From NCBI RefSeq assembly GCF_963921235.1, contig NC_086097.1, positions 162,752,001-162,816,000 of the forward strand: a DNA stretch of 64,000 nt, written 5' to 3'. Of this stretch, positions 12,146 through 24,069 are shown piece by piece. Source of the stretch: Mobula hypostoma. Taxonomy: Eukaryota. A model generated the notes under the pieces. That model worked only from the letters and a program-made list of their open reading frames with translations, was not told the DNA's origin and searched no databases. Each line of letters starts with the position of its first letter. The first letter of the stretch is position 1. Position numbers and translations under genes: made by a program.

Positions 12146-13828
12146 TCCCCCCTACCGCCACTCTCCTCCGTCTAGCGGAATTAGTCCTTACTCTTAATAA
12201 TTTCTCCTTTGGCTCCTCCCACTTCCTCCAAACTAAAGGTGTAGCCATGGGCACCCGTATGGGTCCCAGCTATGCCAGCCTTTTTGTTGGCTTTGTGGAA
12301 CAATCCATGTTCCAAGCCTGTACTGGTATCTGTCCTCCACTTTTCCTTTGCTACATCAATGACTGCATTGGCTCTGCTTCCTGCACGCATGCTGAGCTCA
12401 TTGACTTCATTAACTTTGCCTTCAACTTTCACCCTGCCCTCAAGTTTACCTGGTCCATTTCCGACACCTCCCTCCCCTTTCTTGATCTTTCTGTCTCAAT
12501 CTCTGGAGACAGCTTAACTACTGATGTCTACTATAAACCTACAGACTCTCACAGCCTGGACTATTCCTCTTCCCACCCTGTCACTTGCAAAAATGCCATC
12601 CCCTTCTCGCAATTTCTCCGTCTCCACCACATCTGCTCTCAGGATGAGGCTTTTCATTCCAGGACGAAGGAGATGTCCTCCTTTTTTAGAGAAAGGGACT
12701 TCCCTTCCTCCACCATCAACTCTGCTCTCAAATGCACCTCTCCCATTTCACGCATATCTGCTCTCACCCCATCCTCCCACCACCCCACTAGGAATAGGGT
12801 TCCCCTTGTCCTCACCTACCACCCCACCAGCCTCCAGGCCCAACATATAATTCTTTGTAACTTCTGTCACCTCCAACGGGATCCCACCACCAAGCACATC
12901 TTTCCCTCCCCCCCCCCCGCTTTCCGCAGGGATCGCTCCCTATGCGACTCCCTTGTCCATTCGTCCCCCCCATCCATTCCCACCGATCTCCCTCCCGGCA
13001 CTTATCCTTGTAAGCGGAACAAGTGCTACACATGCCCTTACACTTCCTCCCTTATCACCATTCAGGGCCCCAGACACTCCTTTCAGGTGAGGCGACACGT
13101 CACCTGTGAGTCGACTGGGGTGATATACTGCGTCCGGTGCTCCCGATGTGGCCTTCTTTATATTGGCAAGACCCGACGCAGGCTGGGAGACCATTTTGCT
13201 GAACAGCTACACTCTGTCTGCCAGAGAAAGCACGATCTCCTCAGTGGTCACACATTTTAATTCCATGTCCCATTCCCATTCTGATATGTCTGTCCACGGC
13301 CTCCTCTACTGGCAAGAGGAAGCCACACTCAGGTTGGAGGAACAACACCTTATATTCCGTCTGGGTAGCCTCCAACCTGACGGCATGAACATTGACTTCT
13401 CTAACTTCTGTTAATGCCCCACCTCCCCTTCGTGCCCCATCCCTTATTTATTTATTTTTCTTCCCCTTTTTTCTCTTTTTTTTTTCTCCCTCTGTCCCTC
13501 TCACTATAACTCCTTGCCCATCCTCTGGGCTTCCCCCTCCCTTTCCTTCTCCCTAGGACTCCCATCCCATGATCCTCTCCCTTCTCCAGCCTGGTATCCT
13601 TTTTGCCAATCAACTTTCTAGCTCTTAGCTCCATCCCTCCCCCTCCTGTCTTCTCCCATCATTTCGGATCTCCCCCTCCCCCTCCCACTTTCAAATCTCT
13701 TACTATCTCTTCTTTCAGTTAGTCCTGACGAAGGGTCTCAGCCTGAAATGTCGACTGTACCTCTTCCTATAGATGCTGCCTGGCCTGCTGCATTCACCAG
13801 CATTTTTTGTGTTTTTGTGTGTGTGTCT
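12146..13828 (+). mobile_element. 5'-truncated Penelope-like retroelement (RT plus GIY-YIG endonuclease) with pyrimidine-rich 3' region and terminal repeat
   Basis: GVAMGTRMGPSYASLFVG, YIND (from YIDD), LPFLDL, YYKPTDSH and GIY-YIG VIYCVRCSRCGLLYIGKTRRRL. Frameshift near 13240, after which the frame reads ..EEQHLIFRLGSLQPDGMNIDFSNF. Ends in (TG)n. Confidence 0.93.
13721..13756 (+). ncRNA. Minimal type I hammerhead ribozyme motif in PLE terminal repeat
   Basis: Stem I AGTC/GACT. Core CTGACGA (13725-13731). Stem II (A)GGG..CCT. GAAA (13745-13748). Cleavage triplet GTC (13750-13752). Stem III is loopless (ATGT, inferred consensus palindrome ACGT). Confidence 0.75.
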
Positions 13829-14685
13829 TAACATGAGTTTGCTGTAGAGTAGATACGCTTGAGATTTGCTACAGTTTCCTAGATACACCAATGCTCAAGG
13901 TTTAAATAGCGTTTCAATTCAATCTCTTAATGAATCTTTCTATATCTATAAAGATTAAAATGCATCTTCCTTTTTTTTAGATTTATTGATAGCAATTCTT
14001 TACTAGCAAGATATTTTGTGTTTGAGGCCAGCGATAAAATTTTTATCCTTTTTCTCTTTTCCCATTTTTGCTAAAAAGAATCACCCAACAGACAATTCCT
14101 CAGTGATGCTGATTATTTGTTGAGTGTGTTTTGCTTTGGGATTGTGGCTGGTATTTGAGGTGAGAGACTTGTGCTGAATATTGACAACAGAAAAGTACCT
14201 GGATTTCCATACCTCACCTTTCACCTCGCATCAACAGCCCCAGTGTGCAGATCTTTTTTCACTTCATGCATAATTAGGCTGGTATTTTCCACCAGACCAC
14301 AGGAAGAATAATTGTTATATCACCATATTTAAGAAAACCCATGGGTTGGTTAACAGAGTGGAATGAAAAGCATTGCAGTATTAGAAAGTAGAGTGAAAGT
14401 GTGATTCGACAATTTTGTGGTGAGGTTTGGGAGAGCATATTTTGCATGAACTTGTACTTACACACTATGTATAGCTAATTTGCATAGTTTGTCCTTTAGC
14501 TGGAATTTGTAGCTTGATACACAGGACCCAGATGCCTTAGGATTTTAAATTGTTTTGGAGCATGTATTGTTGAAAATGGGCCAGTTCTCCTTGCGTGGGA
14601 TTAATGAAAAATAAAATGTTGGGGGAGGGAGGGTGTGGGACAACCAGACTGAATCTCTTCCCTTACTTCCACCCCCAACCTCCAG

Positions 14686-14883
14686 GCTTTCTTGGAATTT
14701 CTCAGCAAAGTCGTAGCTAATGAAGCAAAAAACAGAATGAGCTTGTGGAATGTTTCCATGATTGTTGCACCAAACCTCTTCATGTGTAAAGGGAGAACTG
14801 GAAACCATCAAGAGGCAGAAGCAGCCACCAAGGCAGCCAATATTGTCCAGTTACTTATAAAATACCAGGACATCCTGTGGACG
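14686..14883 (+). CDS. ARHGAP28: ARHGAP28 internal exon (RhoGAP domain end)
   Basis: tccag|GCT...ACG|gtacgt. 198 nt, phase 0/0. AFLEFLSKVVANEAKNRMSLWNVSMIVAPNLF...LLIKYQDILWT. NRMSLWN is ARHGAP28-like. Confidence 0.95.
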
Positions 14884-16732
14884 GTACGTGAACCCAGTGA
14901 TGAATGCACTTTGATATGTAGACTGAGAATTTGAATGAAAATCAAAATTTGGCTTGGCAGGTCATATTAGATGTATGCCTTTTGCAACCTATCAGGAGAA
15001 AAATTACAGTGCCAATAAACTAGACCTTTTTAATAAGATATTTTTGAAAATTTCGCTTATTGTAAAGGAATCAAGGCTGTCAGCGATGAGAACTTCTCTT
15101 CTCATCAATGAGTCTGTATACTTTCCGAATGAGTAGTGAGTTCTGAGATCAGGCGTATCAAACAGGAAATGGCTGGAATATGTGTGTAGGTGTTGGTAGT
15201 GGGATGCCATGGGATGCTTCTAAGAATATCACCAACCAGTGTTGTAACTGCAGATCTTCAGGTGGTGAGTCCTACTTACAAAAGTCTTATGCAGTCAAAG
15301 AGCCTTTTGCTTGCCTTCAACAATATCATCAATGACAAAAATATGTCAAAAAAAAAAGAAAAAATACTAGATTTTCATTGGTGTTGATGATGATTGTCCT
15401 CCAGAATTACTGGAGGATTACTGGTTCTTCTAGATTTCAGAGATAAATAATTGTCCCTGATTGCAGAGCAGGATTGCATGGGCTTTTTAGATTGTTTTCT
15501 AATTAGAATGAACATTTTTATTAGTGGCTGGAAGGAAAGTGGTTCATTCCCGTAAAGACTGTGGCTCTGAGTTCACTTCAGAGAAAAATGATTGAAATAC
15601 TGTTGTCCTGTTAACTAAGTCAGTGAGTTAATCAAGATGCTGAACTAAATGCAAATCACAAGATTAAACTAGTTATGTAATCCTATTCAGAGAAGCTGGT
15701 TGCCCTTGATTACCATGATATTATGAAGGCTATTTCGCTGAGGCTGGTAATAAAAAAATGTTGATGAGACTTAAAGCACTCCCACGAACCCGTCATTTAC
15801 GTGATGATTTTAGAAGTTTTAATCACCGTCACTTTGCCAGGTTTCTAAAAAGGTTTGAAGACTTTTGTCATTGCCGTGTACATTCGAGTGTTGGGTAACC
15901 ATTCAGTACTGCAATTTGAACCTTCAGATGATCATTTGCTAATGAAATACTTTTCATTGATACAGATGTCATCCAGGGTGTTGTAGAGTGAAGAGTAACC
16001 TCTCATTTGACCTCAATTCGCTCTTTTAAGCTAGTGGAGATTTTACACAGTAGCATATATTTTAGAGCATTTAATAAATAAAAGTTGGACTTTCCCTTGT
16101 CTATACAGATGTTCAACTTTGCCTAGACATTTCAGAATTTGCATGCTGATAGTTTAGACTTGAGAAAAACAAAACGTCTGGATCGTTATTAACCTTTATA
16201 AGAAATTTTCATCTCCTCACCTAACCGGATATGACGATGATAAAAAAATACTGCAAAGCTTGCAAAGGAGGTGTAGGTTAGAGTATATGAATTCAGTATA
16301 AAATCAGGTACAGAAAGAGAAACAGAAGGAAGAGAATGGTTACGCCATAATTTTATTATATTCTTAAAATCACGAACAGCTTAAAGCCCAATGGAAGGAA
16401 TCTCCTTATTTATGAAGATTTATTTCAACGCTAGATGTTGACAAGCAGTAATTCATCAGACTGCTAACAGACTGTTTGGATTAATAAATGATAAAATATT
16501 TGAGTTCATCTTCAATAACATGCGGTATTCATGCCATTCATTCAGGTGGTGCGTGAGATGCTATTTTCAGGAAGGTAACAGTGGGACTTGTGCTGCAATC
16601 TTCACAGTTACAATTATTCCTGTGCAAACAATATTGTGTGTGGAGTATAGGGTTTCTGTTACTCTAAGAGGAACAATCTTGACTATTAAGCTTCATTGTT
16701 ATTAACTCTGATTCTTCTCTTATCTTACTCAG

Positions 16733-16798
16733 ATTCCTTCCTTTATGATAGCCCAAGTGCGGAAGATGAACGAAAGCGAGAGCAGGAGACGGACAAAA
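16733..16798 (+). CDS. ARHGAP28: ARHGAP28 internal exon (3' boundary uncertain; alternative in-phase donor after 16966)
   Basis: ttactcag|ATT. IPSFMIAQVRKMNESESRRRTK matches the family motif IP/VPSF..QVRKMNE. Phase-0 donor candidates are AAA|gtgacg (16799) and AAG|gtacac (16967). Confidence 0.7.
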
Positions 16799-17963
16799 GT
16801 GACGTGGCTGACTCCGCCTTCATTTTTTTTCCCTCCTGCCTTCAAGGGAAACTGCTCACCCCCATCTGGGAGCTCTCCCCGAGGTCGGAATAGAAACCAG
16901 GAACCTGCCATGTGGGACATGACAGGTGTGAACTTAAGCCCAAGTACTCTGGGGCACAGCTTTAAGGTACACTTCTATGCTGGTATTTCCCCTCCGCTTA
17001 TCATCACAGCTCCGTGTACTCGATGCATGTGCTGACCCTTTGGGGAAAAAAATCAGTCCTTGAGCTTGTTTAAGATTCCTCAAGCACCTCCTTTGCTCTA
17101 TGTTTAAATTAGTTGAGTCACTTCCCGTATCTCTTCATGTAGTTTTATTCCAAATCACAACATTCTGAATGAGAAAATACTTCCTAATTTCTCCTTTAGA
17201 TCTTTTTATGGTTATTTTACATCTATAATCTCGGTTAATCCCCTCATGTGCGAGACAAAACAGTAATTTATTCAAACTCATTCTTATTTTGGAGATCACT
17301 TTTGGCCTCCTCAAGGAGAAAAATCTTATTTTTCTCATCTTTTTGGCATAATCAAGGTTTCTTAACTCAAAGCTCCTCATAAAACCCTTCCTTACTCTAA
17401 CTCTTCTCTAGACCATTGCACTTTTCCTGAAATGCAGACCAAAATGGCATTCTGGATAATAATAGGAAGCAATGCAAAATTGTTCATTTGCTGCTGCTTT
17501 GCTATGGTGTGTCAGTGATGCTTTAAGCAACAAGCCTTCCCATCACAGGGTGGGCCCATCATCAGGTGGAGGTTGATGCTCATCGTTTCCTGTCTCATCT
17601 GCGTACCTCAGCCTGGGTTCTCTGACAGCTCTCTCTAATGACTCCAGCAGCCTTGACTTATCTTCCCCAGACTGGGTTGTTTTGGATAAGATTCTCCCCA
17701 GCTGCCTGTCAGGATGCTGATTATATTGAGATCCTGTTTAGTCTTGTTGATGTCAGGTCTTTGGCTTTCCTCTACACCGCAGATTTAGTATTAACTCTAC
17801 TTACATATTCATATTAATGCTACACAGGCACTGTAATGGTGAAGTAAATATAACCAGAATTGAAATATGGTGGTTTCCATAAGGGAGACAGTATAAACAA
17901 GAATTACTTATTAGAATACATTCCAACGTGTGAGATTAAATGTAATATTCTCTTTCTCTCCAG

Positions 17964-18088
17964 CTGGACATACCAGAGGGAGTTATTCGCGTTTACGCCA
18001 CAAAGCTCTCAAAGGTTTCCATGGCCATTCAGCTGGACAGTGAGACCAAAGCAAGTGATATTTTGGCTAGGTTTCACTGTGAAAACAG
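17964..18088 (+). CDS. ARHGAP28: ARHGAP28 internal exon (C-terminal domain)
   Basis: ctctccag|CTG...AG|gtgagt. 125 nt, phase 0/2. LDIPEGVIRVYATKLSKVSMAIQLDSETKASDILARFHCEN. Confidence 0.95.
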
Positions 18089-19004
18089 GTGAGTTCCTGG
18101 AGGAAAAGAAATTCTTCCAAATCATAACAACATGTTGATTGAGAAAATATCTTCTCATCTCTCCTTTCTCACTTTTCCCGTTAACTTTAAATGAAAACTG
18201 CAGATTTTGGAAACCTGAAATAAAACCTTAAAAAAACACTCAGCAAGTCAGGCGCCATCTGTGGAATGATAAACATAATTAACATTTCAAGTCCAAGACC
18301 TTACATGAGAACAGTGACTTTAAATTTATGATCTCTGGTTATTTTCTCTGCAGTCAAAGGGAATAATATTGTACCAAAACCTGCCTATCTCTTTGGCCTT
18401 TCTCAATCAAGGAATATAAGAAAGAAGGAAAATGAACATGATTGCAAATAAAATTGTGGTAATTTAACATAATTAGCAGTAGGGTAAGTTAGTTTCTCAG
18501 TTTAAGTAATATCAAAGGAGAAATAAAAATATTTCTCAGCAGTTTAGGCGTAGCATTGAGAAAGAAACTGAATGGAGATTTCAGGTTGATCACTGATTAT
18601 CAGAACTTTAAAAGATTAGAAAACAAAGAGTGGTGCAGTTTAGTGGAGCCACTAACTTGTAGCGTCTGTTTCAGTCCTCACCCTTGAAGCTGTCTGTACG
18701 GACGTTCACTCTGAGTTTTCTTTCACATTACAAAGCTGTGCAGTTTGGTAGGTTAACAGTCACTGTAAATCTCCCCTTTTGTGTAGACATGTATATAATC
18801 TGGGGGTAGTTGCTAACCAAGTGAGCAGAATAGAAAATGTTGAATGAAATCACAGTAGATCCAACTTCTCCTCGGCTCATATTTCTGCCTTATTCACCTA
18901 AACCTTGATTGCCCTACCGATTTAGAGGGGAAAAAAAATCTATTGATCTTGGCTTTTTATATATTCAAGGATATAGCCTTCACAGCTCTCTGGGTTAGAG
19001 AAAG

Positions 19005-19103
19005 AAAGCATGCACAAAATGCTGGAGGAACTCAGCAGGTCATACAACATCTATGGAAATAAAAGGACAGTTGACATTTTGGGCTGAGACCCTTCTTCAG
19101 GAC
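19005..19103 (-). repeat. PLE terminal repeat with decayed hammerhead
   Basis: Reverse complement reads gtcCTGAAGAagggtctcagcccAAAAtgtcaact. Confidence 0.75.
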
Positions 19104-19159
19104 AGAGAAGTAAGTGAAAATATTGTATAGGAAAGAAGTGATTAGGCAAAGTGGCATTC

Positions 19160-20305
19160 ATGAGTAGGGCAAAATTACTGGCATGGTTAGAGCATTGGCT
19201 GATTGGCAGCGAGTGGGAATAAAAGGATCCTTTTCTGGTTGGCTGCCAGTGACTAGTGGTGTTCCACAGGGGTCGGCGTAGTGACCGCTTTTTATGCTGT
19301 ATATAAATAATTGGATGATAAAATAGGTGGCTTTATTACCAAGTTTGCAGATGACATGAAGATTGGTGGAGGGGCAGGTAGTGTTGAGGAAACAAGTAGG
19401 CTGCAGAAGGACTTGGACAGATTAGGAGAATGGGCAAGAGAGTGGCAAATGAAATACAATGGTAGCAAATGCATGGTCATGCACTTTGGTAGTAGAAATA
19501 AATGTGCAGACTATTTTCTAAATGGGGCGAAAATCCAAAAATCTAAGATGCAAAGGGACTTGGGAGTCCTTGTGCAGAACATCCTGAAGCTTAACTTACA
19601 GGTTGAGTTGGTGGTGAGGAAGGCAAATGCAATGTTAGCATTCATTTTTTTAAAAGAGGTTTAGAATACTAGAGCGAGGATGTGATGCTGAGGCTTTATA
19701 AGGCACTGGGGAGGCCTCACCTTGGATATTATGAAGAGTTTTGGAGTCCTCATCTAAGAGAAGATGTGCTGGCACTGGAAAGGGTTCAGAGGAAGTTCAC
19801 AAGGATGATTCCGGGAATAAAAGGGTTATCATACGAGGAACGTTTAACAGCTCTGGGTCTGTACTCGCTGGAGTTCAGAAGGATGATGGGGGGGGGGCGG
19901 GGGTGAGGGTGAGGGAGATCTCATTGAAACCTTTTGAATGTTGAAAGACCAAGACAGAGTAGATGTGGAAAGGATGTTTTCCATGGTGGGGGAGTGTAGG
20001 AAAAGAGGGCACAGCCTCAGGATAGAAGGACGTCCATTTATAACAGAGATGTGGAGAAATTTCTTTAGCCAGAGGGTGGTGAATTTGTGGAATTTATTAC
20101 ACAGGCAGCTATGGAGCCCAGGTCACTGGGTGTATTTAAGGCAGAGTTTGATAGGTTCTTGACTGGCCATAGCATCAAAGGTTACGGGGGAAAGGCTGGG
20201 GAGTGGGGCTGGAGGAGAAAGAATCAGCCATGATCGAATGGTTGCACAGGCTCAATGGGCCAAGTGGCCTAATTCTCCTGCTATGTCTTATGGTCTTACG
20301 GTCAT
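19160..20305 (+). mobile_element. 5'-truncated CR1 LINE (RT C-terminal half and 3'UTR)
   Basis: SGVPQG, KFADD, LQKDLDRLGEWA, RPHL, LERVQR..TRMIPG, RNFFSQRVVNLWN, with frameshifts. Confidence 0.9.
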
Positions 20306-20899
20306 GAAATAAAATTGTGGTAGAATATTTTGGAAACGTGAGGGTAAAGATCAATTGGCCTGTTGTATTACACTTGATGTTGATGGAGGAGCAATGCAGC
20401 AGCAGAGTACCCATGTTCCAAATAGAAGGATGGAGCCTAAAGGTGGTTGCTCATTTTCCTGTGTGCCTGTGACAGCTTCTTTTCTTATAGTGTCGTAGGT
20501 TCTTGTACATTTATCTCGATGGGTCTGGCTTTAATATCCCACCTATTAGTCAAGAGCTCCAAGAACACAGCAATCTATGTAAACCACAGCAAGGTGCTAG
20601 CTGAAGTCACACACTGAATTCTGGAACAGGGCCTGATTCAGACACCAGAGCACTGCCAAGTATGTCAAGCTGACGTTATGCCTCCTTTGGCAATACTACA
20701 AAATAAAGTTGTAATTCAGAGTGAATGAGGAACGCCTATTCGTAAATCATAAACAATAGAAGTAATGTTTACCTTATATTATTTTGCTCCCTTCTCTCAG
20801 GTGGTTTACAGAAAACTTTTTCTCAAGCAGCCCTCACCTTTGCATAAAAAATTGTAGCATGCAAATTAGTAAGTAACCATCAGTTACAGATATGGGTGG

Positions 20900-21650
20900 A
20901 GAAAAGGCAGGTGGAATTAATCCAAACAATTGTTGCACTCTGTGAGGTCAAATGTGAAGGAAATTGTACAGTTAGTAACAAGGCACTTCACAGCATTGAT
21001 GTGCAGAAGCATCTTTGGGTCAAAATCACAACTCCCTGAAAATGACTATGCAAGCTCTATAGGGTGCATGCTTACCTTCATTAAACAGAGCCTTGAGTAT
21101 AAGAGGAAGTTGTTCTGCCGCCAGATTAACTTTGGGTAGTCTGCATTTAGCATTGTATGCAATTTTTCTGGTTGCCCCATTGAAGTATGTGAAGGCTTTG
21201 GAAGGATGTAGAGAAGGTTTACTAAAATGCTGTCTGGATTAGAGGATGTAAACTACAAGGAAAGGTTGGGCATACTTACGTTGTTTTCTAAGGAGAATCA
21301 GAGGCTGAAGGGAGACCCGTAAGAAGTTTATAAATTTATGAGAGACCTAGATAGGGTAGACAGTCAGAATCTTTTTGTGCCCCGGGTAGAAATGTCAAGC
21401 ACTAGAGGACATGCATTTAAGGTGAGGGGAAAAGTTTAAACGAGATGTGTGGGGTAAGTTTTATTTATTCAGATGTTGGTAAACATCTGGAACGAACTGC
21501 CAGGGACAATGGAGTAGCAGATACAATGGTGCTGCAGGGAATGAAGGGATAAGGATCATGTGAGGCGGAAGACACCTAGTTTAATTTGCATCATGTTTGG
21601 TGCAGACATTATGAGCTGAGGAGCCTGTTCTTGTGCTGTACTCTTCTATT
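20900..21650 (+). mobile_element. Older CR1 LINE 3' fragment
   Basis: Decayed RT C-terminus (..agaaggtttactaaaatgctgtctggattagagg.., actagaggacatgcatttaaggtgaggggg) and tail gcctgttcttgtgctgtactcttctat. Confidence 0.7.
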
Positions 21651-21786
21651 ATTGATGTAATTAAACAATTATACAGAGAGAAATGAATGTTCTGCATTAA
21701 ATTTCATGTCAGTTTAATATTCTAAAGAAACCCAACGCCATGAAAGGCAGTGAGACACATCTATATATAAAAATATAAATATAAAT

Positions 21787-22605
21787 GGATTGTCCACTGA
21801 CATCTTTTACAAATCTACTGACTCCCTCAATTATCTTGAGTTTACCTCTTCCCACCCTGTCATTTGTAAAAATGTTATTTCCTTCTGTCGGTTCATACGT
21901 CTCTATTGCATCTGTTCTCAGGATGAGACTTTCTATTCTGGAATATTTGATATGTCCTCTTTTTTTTTAAACAACGGGCTTTCCCTTCCACTTCCCCATT
22001 GATACTGTCCTCACTTCATGTCTTCCTTTTCCCACACATCTGTCCACACCCGTCCTCCCACTATCATAACAAGGATAGGGCTCCCATTGTCCTTAGTTAC
22101 CACCCCATGAGCTTCTGTATTTAGGACATCACTCTCTGTAACTTCTGCCATCTCCAACAGGGTCCTACCACTAAGCACATCTTTCCCTCCCCTCCACTTT
22201 CTGGGGAGATCACTCTCTACATGACTCTCTTGTTCACCTGTCCCTCCCTGTTGATATCTCTTCTGGCACTTATCTCTGCAAACTGGACAAATGCTACACC
22301 TGCCCTTAAATTTGCTCCCTTACCACAATTCAGGGCTCTAAAATGTCCCTCCAGCTGAGGTGATATTTCAGCTGCGTGTCTGTCAGGGTCATTTGTCGTA
22401 TCTGGTGCTTCAGAGCGACCCCTACATCAGTGTGGGGATTGCTTCATCGAGCACCTTTGCTCTGTCTACTGCAGAAGACAGGATCTGCCCCATTATTCTG
22501 GTTTTGGCTCCTTCCTTCCGGTCTTAGACTGAAATACCAACTGTTTATTTCCCTCCGTAGATGCTGCCTGACTTGCTGAGTTTCTCCAGCATTTTGTCTG
22601 TGTTG
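21787..22605 (+). mobile_element. Decayed Penelope-like element
   Basis: STDIFYKSTDSLNYLEFTSSHPVICKNVI..ICSQDETF, colinear with 12518-13800, with internal deletions. Confidence 0.8.
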
Positions 22606-22640
22606 ATATTCCAAATTAAATGTTTATTCTCCCTTCACAG

Positions 22641-22705
22641 CACAAATTCCACAGTGCCTCTCAATGGACAGAGCAATTATTTGTTCGAAATTGGTGGAAA
22701 TATAG
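22641..22705 (+). CDS. ARHGAP28: ARHGAP28 penultimate coding exon
   Basis: ttcacag|C...ATA G|gtagga. 65 nt, phase 2/1. (S)TNSTVPLNGQSNYLFEIGGNI. Confidence 0.92.
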
Positions 22706-23977
22706 GTAGGATTTTTTAAAGTATTAAAATCTATGAGAGATGAATTAGTATTATTGTCATATCTACCTTTGATCCACAAAATATTGATAAAAATAATATG
22801 TTAAACATGGCTTCTGCTTGGAAAGTTGACTTATGTCAAGAACAGAGAGCAAGGATTTACAAGGATTCTGTCAAGGCTGGAAATCTTTAGTTCTGCGGAG
22901 GGATGGGTTAGGTTGCAGTTATTTTCCTTGCATTGAATGAGACTGGGGGGGAGATTTAATTGAGATACATTAAATTATGAGAGGGCTAGCAATATGTACC
23001 AGAAAGACCAATAATATGGGGACCTGTATATAAATTAATTGATAGAAGAATTTCAAGGCAATCTTTGGCACTAATTGAGTAAAGTGGGATTGGGGTGTGG
23101 GGTGGGGAAGTCAGGAACTCACTGCTTGAAATGTTGGTTGAAGTGGAGACCCTCAACATATTTATGTAGAATTACAGACTAAGAGTTAATAAGTGGAATT
23201 ATTATTAACAGGTGATTTTAAAAAAATCTGGCATATAAATTTTCTAAGTTATAAATCGCTTTCAATTTTGATGATTCAGTGGCCTCAGGAAATTTTCCTC
23301 CTGTTTAGTGAATAAAGTAATTATTGGTTATGATTCCCTTTCCACTAAATCAGCTGCTTTTGGGTTTGATTAACACCGAATTGATTGATCCCATGGGATT
23401 GGTAGTGGAAAAAGGGCCAGACAATTTCCTTTTTGTAAACCTTGGCCGTGGGTGTACTGGGGAGTTGGATTTTTTTATTCAATCATTGGATCTGAGCATT
23501 GTTGACAAAGCCAACATTTGTTGCACATTCCTTACTGCCCCTGAACAAGACACAGTCACAAACCCCTGCAAACCCAATGGTGAAGGCATTAGGTATTGAT
23601 GTGGAAGTTTTGGCACAACTGAGCAGCTTTAGAGGATCACTTCCGAGAGAGGACAATTAAGAGTCAAACGCATTGCTCTGGATCAGGACACATCGACCAG
23701 ACCTGCACGTCAGACCAGGGCTCTCTGCAATCCATCCAAGGAGGCAGACAAAGTAGCTCATTAAAATAATCATGAGCTGAGAGTAGAAATGAAAAAAATC
23801 TATGATAATGGTTCTATTTTCACTGGGGTACTTAAACATGCATTAGGTCTAATACCTGACTGTATTGTATGGAAGTTGAACCACCAGGTTGGAATGTGTG
23901 GCACCATTCCAGCAACTTCATTTCTTTACGCGGCCATTTGAATTTCATTATTTACAATGTGTTTTTCCTCTTTGCAG

Positions 23978-24069
23978 GAGAGCGCTGCCTGGACCTCAAC
24001 ACATACATTCTAGACTTGTACCATTTAAATCCCAATGCAACTTGGGTCATTAAACCCAGAACACTGTAA
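23978..24069 (+). CDS. ARHGAP28: ARHGAP28 last coding exon
   Basis: tttgcag|GA. (G)ERCLDLNTYILDLYHLNPNATWVIKPRTL, stop TAA. Confidence 0.95.
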
